From NCBI GenBank assembly GCA_965237415.1, contig CBDEFM010000002.1:3360001-3424000 (forward strand): 64,000 nt of DNA, read 5' to 3'. Position 1 is the stretch's first letter. Each line of letters begins with the position of its first letter. Positions 1-9,381 of the stretch are shown piece by piece. The notes below the pieces were generated by a model that saw only the letters and a program-made list of their open reading frames with translations, was not told the origin of the DNA and did not search any database. Origin of the DNA: Alphaproteobacteria bacterium. Lineage in GTDB: Bacteria > Pseudomonadota > Alphaproteobacteria > UBA828. The position numbers and the translations under genes are program-made.

Positions 1-137
1 GCTCCCCTACGCGTGCCAGGCCGGCACGGCCCTCCCGCCCCGCCGGCGCCGCATGATAGCGCACGTCCGGTTCCGCGGTGCCAGCTTTGGTGGCATCATG
101 CGCGGCCTTGAGTTTCGAGTGGGATAGGGAGGCGCAC

Positions 138-1319
138 GTGCAAATCGCCGAGCGCATGGGGCGGCTCGGGACCGAGACCGCCTTCGACGTATTGGCCCGC
201 GCGGGCGCCCTGCAGGCGGCCGGACGCAGCATCATCAATCTCGGGATCGGTCAGCCCGATTTCCGCACCCCCGACCATATCGTCGAGGCGGGCCGCAAGG
301 CACTGGCGGACGGCCACCACGGCTACACGCCGGCAAACGGCATCCCGGCACTGCGCGAGGCGGTGGCGGCGGACATCGCCACGTATCGCCACTGCGAGGT
401 AGATCCCGACAACGTCGTGGTGGTGCCGGGCGGCAAGGTCACCATGTTCTTCGCCGCGCTGATGTTCGGCGAGCCGGGGGCCGAGATCCTGTATCCCAAT
501 CCGGGCTTCCCCATCTACGAATCGGCGATCAAGTTCTCCGGCGCGACGCCGGTGCCGATCCCGCTCTACGAGGAGACCGGCTTCTCCTTCGACGCCGACG
601 AGGTGCTGGCCAAGATCACGCCGCGTACCCGGCTCGTCATGCTCAACAGCCCGGCCAACCCGACCGGCGGCGTCGTTCCGCGGGAGACCTTCGACCGCCT
701 GGCCCAAGGGCTCGAGGCCCATCCGCACGTCGCGATCATGAGCGACGAGATCTACAGCCGCCTGCTCTACGAGGGCCGCGAGCATGTCACGATGCTCGAC
801 TATCCGGCGCTCCGGGACCGCGTGATCGTGCTCGACGGCTGGAGCAAGACCTATGCGATGACCGGCTGGCGCATCGGCTACGGGGTCTGGCCCGCGTCGC
901 TGGCGGAGCATGCCACCCGGCTCGCGATCAACTGCAACTCCTGCGTCAACGCGCCGACCCAGCACGCGGCGCTTGCGGCCCTCACCGGCCCGCAGGAGTC
1001 GGTCGAGATCATGCGCCGCACCTTCGACGAGCGACGCCGCCTCATCGTCGCCGCGCTCAACCGGATCGAGGGCATCAGCTGCGTCGATTCCGCCGGTGCC
1101 TTCTACGCCATGCCCAATATCACTGGCACCGGGCTCGACGCGCGGACGATGCAGGACGGGCTGCTGGAGGAGGCCGGCGTCGCCACCGTCGCCGGCACCA
1201 GCTTCGGCGCCTACGGAGAGGGCTACCTCCGCCTCTCCTACGCCGCGAGCACGGAAGAGATCGAGGAGTCCATCGCCCGCATCGAGGGCTGGCTCGCGGA
1301 GCACGCGGCCGCTGCGTGA
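138..1319 (+). CDS. PLP-dependent aminotransferase class I/II (aspartate aminotransferase-like)
   Basis: INLGIGQPDF, NSPANPTG, SDEIY, DGWSKTYAMTGWRIG (PLP lysine) motifs; GTG start at 138 after GGGAGG RBS. Confidence 0.93.
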   Translation: MQIAERMGRLGTETAFDVLARAGALQAAGRSIINLGIGQPDFRTPDHIVEAGRKALADGHHGYTPANGIPALREAVAADIATYRHCEVDPDNVVVVPGGKVTMFFAALMFGEPGAEILYPNPGFPIYESAIKFSGATPVPIPLYEETGFSFDADEVLAKITPRTRLVMLNSPANPTGGVVPRETFDRLAQGLEAHPHVAIMSDEIYSRLLYEGREHVTMLDYPALRDRVIVLDGWSKTYAMTGWRIGYGVWPASLAEHATRLAINCNSCVNAPTQHAALAALTGPQESVEIMRRTFDERRRLIVAALNRIEGISCVDSAGAFYAMPNITGTGLDARTMQDGLLEEAGVATVAGTSFGAYGEGYLRLSYAASTEEIEESIARIEGWLAEHAAAA

Positions 1320-1590
1320 GGGGGGCATTTCAATCAGAGACGACGAAGACGGGCCTACCCGTCATCGCTTAGGGCTGACTGGGCCATCGTCACGGGAAAA
1401 TGTAGATTGCAACGGCCGCCGCAGCCTTCGCGTCTCAGTAACCGGTGCCGCAGAAGATTGGGGTGATACCGCTCGGAACTTATTGATGACGCGAAGGATA
1501 TCCCTTAGGTATTGTAGGGGAACGACTCTAAAAGGCGTCTAATAGAAGCCTCCATGCATTTGGAACGCCGTTTTGGACACCGCGAACCAG

Positions 1591-1872
1591 TTAATCCGGT
1601 GGACCCACCAGTCCTTCGTAATCATCGCGCGACATAGAACAGTCTACCAACTCGCCGAACTCGCCTATTGTCAATTTGCACTGTTTCGCCATTGAACTGA
1701 CGAGGTCGTCGCCAAGATCCTTGTATTTTGTTCCTCGACTTACAAATGTGCTGATTTCCGTTTTCTGTCCGTCCGCATTATGATAAATCAAAAAGACGTG
1801 GCGACTACGCTCCTTACTTATAAAACCTTTTCTTTGCAAGTTAGACAAAACATCTCTGCGCTTCAACCGCAT
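1591..1872 (-). CDS. HicA-like mRNA interferase toxin
   Basis: 93 aa; L-x-x-KGF...RH-hydrophobic strand...VSRG...L...MAKQCKLT pattern resembling the HicA dsRBD-like fold; AT-rich. Confidence 0.7.
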   Translation of the reverse strand: MRLKRRDVLSNLQRKGFISKERSRHVFLIYHNADGQKTEISTFVSRGTKYKDLGDDLVSSMAKQCKLTIGEFGELVDCSMSRDDYEGLVGPPD

Positions 1873-1874
1873 TG

Positions 1875-2333
1875 CTATACCACATAAAAATCGTTCAACA
1901 TGAGATTCTTTAGCTCCCGAGCATTAGCTGTCAAGTTAGCATCATCCTCTAGCGCATATTCATTCCAAAGTACGACAATAAAATCATGCAATAAATCAAC
2001 GAGCTCCTCACGGGTATAGGCTGTAATGGAAATTTCTAACTCTTTCACATCCAATTGATAAAGTTCGCCGGACTCGGAAGACATCGGATGCAGAATAAGA
2101 GGTTCTCTCCTACGCAAAGTACCTCGCTCGAACTGGACGTCTTGAACGACAATCTCAGAGAGATCGAATTCGTTGTTGGTGCTTGTCCAACGCAAACGCC
2201 CGACATAGGGAGCGTCACTACCAGCGGTAGCTGTATCATCCCATCTTTTTACAATTAGAGCGGAAATAAAGCTATCCGACTGAACCGCACCGGACGCAAT
2301 ATAGCTGCTGCGGTAAGTGTCAATATTGGTCAT
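1875..2333 (-). CDS. putative HicB-like antitoxin with N-terminal extension
   Basis: C-terminal half ELYQLDVKELEISITAYTREELVDLLHDFIVVLWNEY resembles the HicB partial RNase H fold; stop 2 nt before the HicA-like start. Confidence 0.55.
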   Translation of the reverse strand: MTNIDTYRSSYIASGAVQSDSFISALIVKRWDDTATAGSDAPYVGRLRWTSTNNEFDLSEIVVQDVQFERGTLRRREPLILHPMSSESGELYQLDVKELEISITAYTREELVDLLHDFIVVLWNEYALEDDANLTANARELKNLMLNDFYVV

Positions 2334-2337
2334 TCCA

Positions 2338-2604
2338 CTATCCCGCTCTCTTCACGCCATTTGGAGCGTGCAATACGTTCATTAAAACGCCATGCCGCAC
2401 ATTATATAGCGGATTGCCATCCTGATCATAGTCATCTTCACCAAGAAAACGAGAAACCTCTACCACGTCCACTTTGATTCTCAGCACTGTGCCGTCGGCG
2501 AGTGTGATTGTCGTTGGTCGTTCAGAAATCTCGACAATGTTGACAACGTCGACCTCGACCATTTCACCTGTTACTGGGTGCGGGAGTTGGCGCTTAGCCA
2601 TCAT
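2338..2604 (-). CDS. small beta-rich hypothetical protein, first gene of the TA-like operon
   Basis: MMAKRQLPHPVTGEMVEVDVV...LADGTVLRIKVDVVEVSR...DGNPLYNV; AGGTGG immediately upstream; stop 4 nt before the next start. Confidence 0.7.
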   Translation of the reverse strand: MMAKRQLPHPVTGEMVEVDVVNIVEISERPTTITLADGTVLRIKVDVVEVSRFLGEDDYDQDGNPLYNVRHGVLMNVLHAPNGVKRAG

Positions 2605-3154
2605 CCACCTGCCTGTTGTATTGAGCGCGCACGAATCCGTCGCCAAGATCGTGGCCGCGGCCTCGGCGCGCCTGATCACTTCTGGCACTGCTGCTCACTC
2701 GGGGAAGCTTTCGGTCACGGCTACGACCGTTGGACAATGGACATCCGCACGCCTCCACTCAGGCTGCGTCGTGTCATTGTGCTTCTCCCCGAGAGCCAGT
2801 ATTGCAGTGCCTTGTCAACCACAAAAGTGCGGCTAGCGCAAATAATGTATGTCGCATGGTATCCGTACTCAAGGCTCGGCAGCCTAGCGCAGGAAGCTGA
2901 AGCATCGTATGGGCCGTGTAGCCGGCGAGCTCGTCGCTGACGTGCGCGGCGGCCCTCCCTCACCGAGACACACAAGCCCCCGCGTCGTGATCGCGTGTCT
3001 CTGACGCGCTCTTGGGCGTCAGAAGACGGTGTGATACTGCGCGATAGGTCGGCAGGTCACGGCTTGTCGCGAGTCCGCCAGAGACGGACTCGCTCTCGCG
3101 CGCCGATGATCGATCACATTTGGAACCGTTCGTGATAGGAACGGTGCAGTGTCG

Positions 3155-3230
3155 GCGCCCGTAGCTCAGTGGATAGAGCACGAGCCTTCTAAGCTTGGGG
3201 TCGCAGGTTCGAGTCCTGCCGGGCGCGCCA
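3155..3230 (+). tRNA. tRNA-Arg (anticodon UCU)
   Basis: GCGCCCG/CGGGCGC acceptor stem, D arm TAGCTCAGTGGATAGAGC, anticodon loop CTTCTAA, T loop GGTTCGAGTCC, encoded CCA; 76 nt. Confidence 0.97.
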
Positions 3231-3278
3231 CTCTTTTCAAGGGGTTACGGGAGTCCATGTCAGCAATGTTGCCCTTTG

Positions 3279-4298
3279 TTAGACAGTTGATTTGGGGGTG
3301 TTAGACACTTTTGTTCGCGATTCGAGCTTCACGATGGCCGCTCGGGCGAGTCGTTCCTGCTCGGCGCCGCGCGTGTAGCGCGTGACCATCGCGGTCGTGC
3401 GGTGGCCCAGAATCGCCATGATTTCGCGGTCGGTCGCGCCCGCCTCGGCAAGCTGTGCGGCGGCTGTGTGGCGCAACCCGTGGAACTGGAGCCCGCCCAA
3501 GCCGAGGCGCCGCTTCTCGCGCTGGAAAATCGACGCGAACCCCGAGCCCGTGTAGGCGCGCCCATCCTGGCGGTGGACGATGTTCGTGCCCACGCGCGGG
3601 ATGCCTTTGAGGACGGTGGCAAGCTCCTTGTGGATCGGGATGAGAAGCCGCTGGCCGGTCTTCTGCTGCGCGACCGAGATCATCCCGCCCTCGATGTGGC
3701 GCCACTGCATCGCGAGCACGTCCGCGCGCCGCTGGCCGGTGAAGATCGCAAGCTCCATCGCCCACACCAAGCACGGGTTCGCGCCGGCGCGGAACCGCTC
3801 GATCGCGACCTCCGGCCACGGCTCGTAGCTCTTGCCGCCGCGCAGCTTCTTGACGTACCGGGCCGGGTTGTCCGGCCGCCAGCCGCGGGCGACGGCGAAG
3901 TTGAGCAGGACCGAGAGGATCGACAACAGGATGTCGGCGGAGCGTGGCGTGTCGGCCACGCCGTCACGGGCTTGGTAGAGCCAGGCGGCGTCGATGTCGG
4001 CGACCGTCGTATCGGCGACGGCGCGCTCGATCAGGTCGAGATAGCGGAGATAGGTCTCGCGGGTGGACGCCGCGAGGCGCGTGAACTCCGGGGCCGCCTT
4101 GTAGCAGCAGATCAGGTCGCCGAGGGAGCCGGGGATCACGTCGTCACGCCGGTCGTCGAGGGTGGCGTTGATCTCCAGCACCCGCGCGATGCGCTTGGCC
4201 TCGTCGTCGGGCAGGCGCCCCTTGGTCAGCCGGTGATACCAGAAGACCCGACCGCGGCGCCGGTAGGACTTGACGTGCTTCACTCTAACCACCTGCAT
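3279..4298 (-). CDS. phage-type tyrosine integrase next to the tRNA 3' end
   Basis: TGQRRAD(R), QQKTG(K), FHGLRH(HxxR), LGH, RY motifs; likely ATG start at 4298 after GGGAGAGG. Confidence 0.9.
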   Translation of the reverse strand: MQVVRVKHVKSYRRRGRVFWYHRLTKGRLPDDEAKRIARVLEINATLDDRRDDVIPGSLGDLICCYKAAPEFTRLAASTRETYLRYLDLIERAVADTTVADIDAAWLYQARDGVADTPRSADILLSILSVLLNFAVARGWRPDNPARYVKKLRGGKSYEPWPEVAIERFRAGANPCLVWAMELAIFTGQRRADVLAMQWRHIEGGMISVAQQKTGQRLLIPIHKELATVLKGIPRVGTNIVHRQDGRAYTGSGFASIFQREKRRLGLGGLQFHGLRHTAAAQLAEAGATDREIMAILGHRTTAMVTRYTRGAEQERLARAAIVKLESRTKVSNTPKSTV

Positions 4299-4426
4299 GG
4301 CGCCTCTCCCGTCGGAACTTACCTGTCGGGGATTCTGATGGGACCCGCGATAGGTCGTCAACGGCGCGGTCGATGGCGAGCCGGTCGTAGAGCTTGCGCC
4401 GGCCGATGCGGAGTGCCGCCGGCCAT
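4285..4426 (-). pseudogene. excisionase-like C-terminal fragment
   Basis: WPAALRIGRRKLYDRLAIDRAVDDLS overlapping the integrase start, like Xis-type small genes; N-terminus missing. Confidence 0.5.
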
Positions 4427-4727
4427 GCGCGAGCACGTAGACCCGCCTCCCTCGCGACAGGCTCACCTTGCGGAAGTACCGGGCCGCGACCCACTGCGTG
4501 CACCCGACCTGCCGGCCCTTGAGCACCATGAGCCCGACCATGCCCATCTCTTCGATCTGCGCTTCGGCCTGCGCCTGGAGGTACGTCTGCGCCTTGTTCA
4601 CCAGCATCGGCACAGTGTCGCCGGTCACCGCGTCCTTGATTTTCAGGACTTCGGCGCAATAGAACCCGAAGTGGGATGCGACCATCCTGTCGAGATCATC
4701 GCTGGAAACCGCTATGTCATTCCCCAC
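4425..4727 (-). pseudogene. terminase large subunit N-terminal fragment
   Basis: LKIKD...NKAQ...LMVLKGRQVGCT (TerL Walker A-type motif)...VYVLAH, then homology breaks off. Confidence 0.7.
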
Positions 4728-5229
4728 ACAGCCGAAGCGCGAGAGAGCCGACCACCGGACACGCCAGACCGCGCTGAAACACGAATCGTTCGCGTGGGCG
4801 GCTACATTATACCCGGACGACCCTGAAAAGGTGATGGAACTCGCCGGCTACAAGCCCTCGCTCGCGGGCCACAAGAAGGTTCTCGAGTCCCCGCATGTCA
4901 AGAAGCGGATGCAGGACCTCAAGGAACGGGTGCTCTGCGACGGCTGGCGCCAGGCGGCCGAGATCGTCGTCGAGGAGCCCACCAAGGAGGCCGTCATCAC
5001 GAAGCTGTGGGAATTCGCGACGGCGCCCAATCCGCCAGCTGCCTCCCAGGTGACGGCGCTAAACGCGCTTGCCAAGCACGACGGCATCAGCGTGGGAGTC
5101 GAGGAAGGTGGGGGCAGCGCCTCCGACGACGAGGACCGCCCTGCACCGCTTCACAAGCGCATTGACGCCGGCAGATTCCAGGTGGCGGGCACGAACAAGA
5201 TCCCCGTCAATTCCGCCCATGACAACTGA
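4714..5229 (+). CDS. putative terminase small subunit-like protein
   Basis: LAGYKP HTH-like segment, HVKKRMQDLK helix, TKEAVITKLWEFA...QVTALNALAKHDG pattern; adjacent to terL fragment. Confidence 0.5.
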   Translation: MSFPTQPKRERADHRTRQTALKHESFAWAATLYPDDPEKVMELAGYKPSLAGHKKVLESPHVKKRMQDLKERVLCDGWRQAAEIVVEEPTKEAVITKLWEFATAPNPPAASQVTALNALAKHDGISVGVEEGGGSASDDEDRPAPLHKRIDAGRFQVAGTNKIPVNSAHDN

Positions 5230-5319
5230 CCACGATCTGCCTGGTGAGGTTTACGGTCGTGGCCTGGGAATGTGCCGAACACCTCCGGATTTAGGGGCAA
5301 TATCGGGATTGTCTTCATA

Positions 5320-5353
5320 CCTGACAGCAGCCCGCCCCTGACAGCAGCCCGCC
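5320..5353. repeat. 17-bp tandem duplication CCTGACAGCAGCCCGCC x2
   Basis: exact copies at 5320-5336 and 5337-5353. Confidence 0.8.
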
Positions 5354-5625
5354 AGGGAGCGCTGGGCCTCCACCGGGAATCTCCGGAACTCGACAACATG
5401 GCCTCTGGTGGCGACAAACGACGGAGCCGTGACCATCCTGCGAGCTGTCGACAAGTGGCTGCGGCTAGCCCGGTGGTCTTCCGCTTTTCTCCAGCGCCGC
5501 GTCGCGCACCGCCTGTCGGAGCAGCCGGAACGCCGCCAGGTCCTCGGCCGAGCGCCGGGCGATGAAGCCGGTCCGGTAGCAGTGGCGTCCGAAGCTCACC
5601 GGCAGGGGCCGGAGGTCGCGGTCGA

Positions 5626-6012
5626 ATGCATGAAGGAACTTCAACGGCAGCCAGGCGAGATACGGACCGGACGCCATGCGCCGAGGCGGAGCCGGGCAGA
5701 GAGTGCGCGATCTCCCGTGGACGGGCCGGCTCACGGCGCGTCGGGGGCCGGGAAGCCGGAGAGCGTCGGAAGCGCCCGCTCCGGAAAGCGGGCACGTCCG
5801 AGAAAACCGGGGCAGCAGGGAAAATCCCCGAGGGCCGGGACGGAACCGTCGCCGGGAGTTCCGCAACCGGCTCCCGCGTCGGGACACCGCTTCGGATCCC
5901 TTACGGAAACAAGGAGCTGGCGTTCCGCCTGGGCGCCAGGTACGGGGCGGACGGATGGTATGCCCCGCCCGGCGTCGATCTTGCGGGTTTTCGCGAGCGC
6001 GGATGGCTGTAG
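5626..6012 (+). pseudogene. DUF5710-like domain fragment (plasmid/ICE type)
   Basis: LRIPYGNKELAFRLGARYGADGWYAPPGVDLAGF resembles the VPYxxKxxAxxLGARW..WY motif; N-terminal part looks like a remnant. Confidence 0.55.
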
Positions 6013-6209
6013 GGGCTATCCGGACGCGCCGCGGATGGGGTGCTGGAGTCGTCGCATGCGGCGCCTGGCGCCGCCATGTTCATGGGTCCGGATGCGGTGT
6101 TGGTTTAGTGTTGATTCGTGGGAAAGAGCTTCCTGGAGGCGAAGGAATAACCAACTGAATAACAACATAAATATCGGCGTCTATATCCGATTGCTACTAA
6201 AACCGAAGT

Positions 6210-6299
6210 CATGGTCTTCTCCTTCAGGTCTGGTTGATGACGATGGAATGCGAACGGCGGGGACGACTCTCTCCGCCCCCTTCTCCGTTCACCCTTCCC
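6210..6299 (-). promoter_or_regulatory. repeated gene leader, copy 1 (ends TGAAGGAGA-N-ATG)
   Basis: shares TTCTCCTTCA, TGATGACGATGG, TGCGAnCGGCG, CTCTCC and CCGTTCA blocks with 6591-6691. Confidence 0.6.
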
Positions 6300-6449
6300 G
6301 CGCTTCACTCCAACTCCGGTCTGACGCCTGACCCGGTATCGGAGAAAAGGGAACGATGTGGCTTGAGTTCGGCTGCACCATATGGAGTGCAAGGGGACGG
6401 CATGATCACTAGATCTGCCGGATCGACCTCACAGTCCCAACAAGGTGCA

Positions 6450-6593
6450 TCATGAAACACGAGACCGGTTGATGTACGACTCATCGGTCGCGATGCTCAG
6501 GTTGGCCACGCGGCCGCCCGAAGCGAGGTGATTGACGGTGACGTCGGCGCCGAGGCGGCCGATCAGCTCGACTCTGTTCAATCCGAAGGCCAT
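6450..6593 (-). pseudogene. ssb: truncated single-stranded DNA-binding protein
   Basis: MAFGLNRVELIGRLGADVTVNHLASGGRVANLSIATDESY is the classic SSB N-terminus; stops after 47 aa; not in the ORF track. Confidence 0.85.
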
Positions 6594-6691
6594 GATTCAT
6601 TCTCCTTCATGGGTCTCGATGATGACGATGGGTTGCGAGCGGCGAAGGTCCGGGCGATCTCTCCCCCCGGCCCCCCGCCGTTCATCCTCCC
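6591..6691 (-). promoter_or_regulatory. repeated gene leader, copy 2, upstream of ssb
   Basis: see copy 1; strong RBS GAAGGAG. Confidence 0.6.
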
Positions 6692-6711
6692 AAAGCCCTC
6701 CTCCACCTCCG

Positions 6712-6960
6712 CTACGCCGGCCGGCGCGCCGGGGACGGGCCCAGGATCTCGATGAGCGCCGCCTCGTGCAGACCCCGTTCGAACGGCGTCCGGGCGTCGA
6801 GGGTCGCGACGGTGCGGCCGGGCAGCGCCGGGTCCCGGTCGGGACAGCGGATCGCCCGGTCGTCCTCGATCATCTGCTGAACGACGTGCGGGTCGATCCC
6901 GATTTCCGCGAGCAGCTCGCTGGTGGAAGGGATGTCGGATTCGGAATAGGGGTCGAACAT
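6712..6960 (-). CDS. hypothetical protein (mobile-element type)
   Basis: 82-aa ORF MFDPYSESDIPST... co-oriented with ssb. Confidence 0.5.
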   Translation of the reverse strand: MFDPYSESDIPSTSELLAEIGIDPHVVQQMIEDDRAIRCPDRDPALPGRTVATLDARTPFERGLHEAALIEILGPSPARRPA

Positions 6961-7282
6961 GCCGGACCGCCTTCAGGGACGCGATCGTGCGCTTCGCCTT
7001 GCGCCGGGCCTTCGCGGGCGCCGCCTCGCCGGGGTACCGGCGGATGTCGCCGTCGGCCATGGCCTGGAACCTCTCGACGACGTAGCGCTCGTCCGCCAGG
7101 CCGCGGCCGAACACGTGGGTCAGGATCGTGGATGCGCTGCCGGCTACCGCTATCGCTGCGTGCATGGCGCCGTCTCCTTCATGCCGATTGTCGGGAACGG
7201 CGGCGAGGCCCTCCCCCGGGCCATCCAACCGCCGTCCTGCTCACGGCCGGGCTCCCCTCTCGGCGGCGTACAGGCGCGAAGG

Positions 7283-7845
7283 TGCGGCGCGACGATCAAG
7301 ATGAGACTCGCACGACAATCAGGGTGAGACGGGAGGCGGCGGCCTGGAACGGAGGGAGGGCGTAGCCCGACCGGAGTTTCAGGCCGCCGCCTTGCGAAGA
7401 TTTCGCCCCGGGCCTCCTGGCGTCGGTGGCCGGTCGGGCAACACTTGGGCTTTCCCGAGTCGAAGGAGAGCGCAGGGGTGCCCGGTCGCCACATCACCGA
7501 TCGCCAGAGGAGGCTTTTCATGATCCTGAAGAAGACCCACACAATCGACGTCGCGGCCGCGAAGGCGGGCTTCAGCCGCGCCACGGGATATCGGCTCGCC
7601 GAGGATCCGTCCCTCCTTTCGGGGAAGGCGGCACCACGGGGCCGGCGCCGACCGGACCCTCTGGTCGATATCTTCGAGACCGAGGTGGTGCCGATCCTGG
7701 AGAACAGTCCGGGCATCCGCCCGGTCGGCGTGTTCGAGGCGCTGATGCAGCGGCACCCGAAACTGGACCCCGGCGTCCGGCGCACCCTGGAGCGGCGGAT
7801 CCGCGCCTGGCGCGCCGAGCACGGCCCCGAGCAGGAGGTGGCAAG
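7283..7845 (+). mobile_element. istA: IS21-family left end plus 5' fragment of istA
   Basis: TG-initiated end TGCGGCGCGACGATCAAGATGAGAC with internal repeat; GTG at 7478 PGRHITDRQRRLFM...AAAKAG...GRRRPDPL...RTLERRIRAWR; truncated. Confidence 0.85.
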
Positions 7846-8466
7846 GTAACCCTTGCATGGTGCTGGTCTCACCAAAGACGAGACTTTATCGAGTGCGCCG
7901 CCGGCCAGGTGGGGTTGACGCACTGGTGCCAGCGCTGGATCGAGCGGATCGCGTCGATCTACCGTCTGAACGAGGCGAGGCTGGCTCATTACCACCCTGG
8001 GATCGAGCCCCGGACACCGGCGTTCCACGCGGCACAGGGCGCGCTGAAGGAGGCGCTCGCCGGCCTGTTCGCGGAGGCCGAACAGGAGTTGGCCGGCCTG
8101 CCCGACCGGGCGCGCGAGGGCAAGGCGCTGCGCTCGCTGGTGAACCATCGCGAGGGGCTGAGCGTCTTCGTCGACCGCCCGCAGGTGCCGCTGGATAACA
8201 ATCTCGCCGAAAGGATGCTCAGAGGGCCCGCGATCGGAAGACGGATGTCGTTCGGCTCCGACAGCGAGGACGGCGCCAGGTTCACGGCGATGATGTACTC
8301 GACGATCGGCACCCTCGCCTTGAACGGCATCGACGTCCTGCGCTGGCTGGAGGCGTGGCTGGAAACATGCGCGAAGAACGGTCGCCGGCCACCGGACGAC
8401 CTGTCGCCGTGGCTGCCATGGTCGATGAGCGAGGAGCGCAGGGGCAGCTTCACTGCGCCGGCATGA
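7846..8466 (+). pseudogene. IS66 transposase (TnpC) C-terminal fragment
   Basis: CWSHQRRDF, PLDNNLAERMLRGPAIGRR, WLPW motifs. Confidence 0.85.
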
Positions 8467-9344
8467 CCGGCACGGTCGAGTGCCGCTATTACGGCCGCGA
8501 CTTCACGGCGCAAGAAATGGCGCTGCTGCGCGCGCTGATCGCCGGGCCGGCGCCGTTGAACCGCCATACGCTGTCGAAGGAGTTCTGCCGGCGCATCGAC
8601 TGGCTCAAGCCCGACGGCGGGCTCAAGGACATGATGGCCAGGGTCACCATGCTGGCCATGCACAGGGACGGCCTGATCGCCCTGCCGGCACCGCAGGGAC
8701 GGCAGAACCGGCCCGGGCCGATCGTCTTCGGGCCGGACACCGAAGCGCCGCTGTTCACGGCGCCGTCCACCCTCGATGACGTCCGCCCGCTCGACCTGCG
8801 GACCGTCGTGCGCGGCACCCGGGAGGGAAAGCTCTGGAACGAGTTCGTCGCCCGCTACCACTATCTCGGATACAAGACCCTGGTCGGCGCCCAGATGCGC
8901 TACGCCGTTCATGACCGAAACGGCTGGCCGCTCGCCATGCTCGGCTTCAGCACCGCCGCGTGGAAGCTCGCCCCACGCGACACCTTCATCGGATGGACAC
9001 GGCAACTGCGCGAGAAAAACCTCCCCCTCGTGGTCGACAACCCGAGGTTCCTGATCCTGCCCTGGATCAAGATCCCCAACCTCGGCTCGCACATCCTCGC
9101 CCTAGTCCGCCGGCGCCTGCCCGACGACTGGACCGAGCGCTACAGCACCGCGCCCGTGCTCGTCGAGACCTTCGTCGAGACCCCGCGCTACACCGGCGCC
9201 GTCTACAAGGCATCGGGCTGGATCCATGTCGGCGCCACCAAGGGGCGCGGCCGATACGATCGGGACAAGCTCTACGACAAGCCCAGAAAGGACATCTGGC
9301 TCCGGCCCCTGCGAAAAGACTGGAAACACACCCTCAATCGCTAA
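8463..9344 (+). CDS. DUF4338-family (DruA-like) protein carried inside an IS66-type element
   Basis: WNEFVARYHYLGY..LVGAQMRY, AAWKLAPRD.FIGW, RFLILPWIKIPNLGSHIL, ETFVE..RYTGAVYKASGW; ATGA overlap with tnpC. Confidence 0.8.
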   Translation: MTGTVECRYYGRDFTAQEMALLRALIAGPAPLNRHTLSKEFCRRIDWLKPDGGLKDMMARVTMLAMHRDGLIALPAPQGRQNRPGPIVFGPDTEAPLFTAPSTLDDVRPLDLRTVVRGTREGKLWNEFVARYHYLGYKTLVGAQMRYAVHDRNGWPLAMLGFSTAAWKLAPRDTFIGWTRQLREKNLPLVVDNPRFLILPWIKIPNLGSHILALVRRRLPDDWTERYSTAPVLVETFVETPRYTGAVYKASGWIHVGATKGRGRYDRDKLYDKPRKDIWLRPLRKDWKHTLNR

Positions 9345-9360
9345 AATCCACCGCCCCATA

Positions 9361-9381
9361 CCGGCCCAACCGAACCGTTAC
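9361..9381 (-). mobile_element. IS66-type terminal inverted repeat (right end)
   Basis: reverse complement GTAACGGTTCGGTTGGGCCGG begins with the IS66 GTAA terminus. Confidence 0.6.

Noticed and set aside
3279-4727. 482-aa ORF as a genuine terminase-integrase fusion protein
   Set aside because: The integrase has its own RBS and ATG at 4298 and the linker is out-of-frame xis sequence, so a deletion artefact is more likely
6155-6200. dif/Xer site (TTATGTT on the minus strand)
   Set aside because: Only a partial XerD-arm match and no XerC arm at the correct spacing
8463-9344. Complete Druantia defence system
   Set aside because: Only a DUF4338-like gene is present; no DruE helicase or other dru genes, and it lies inside an IS66 end
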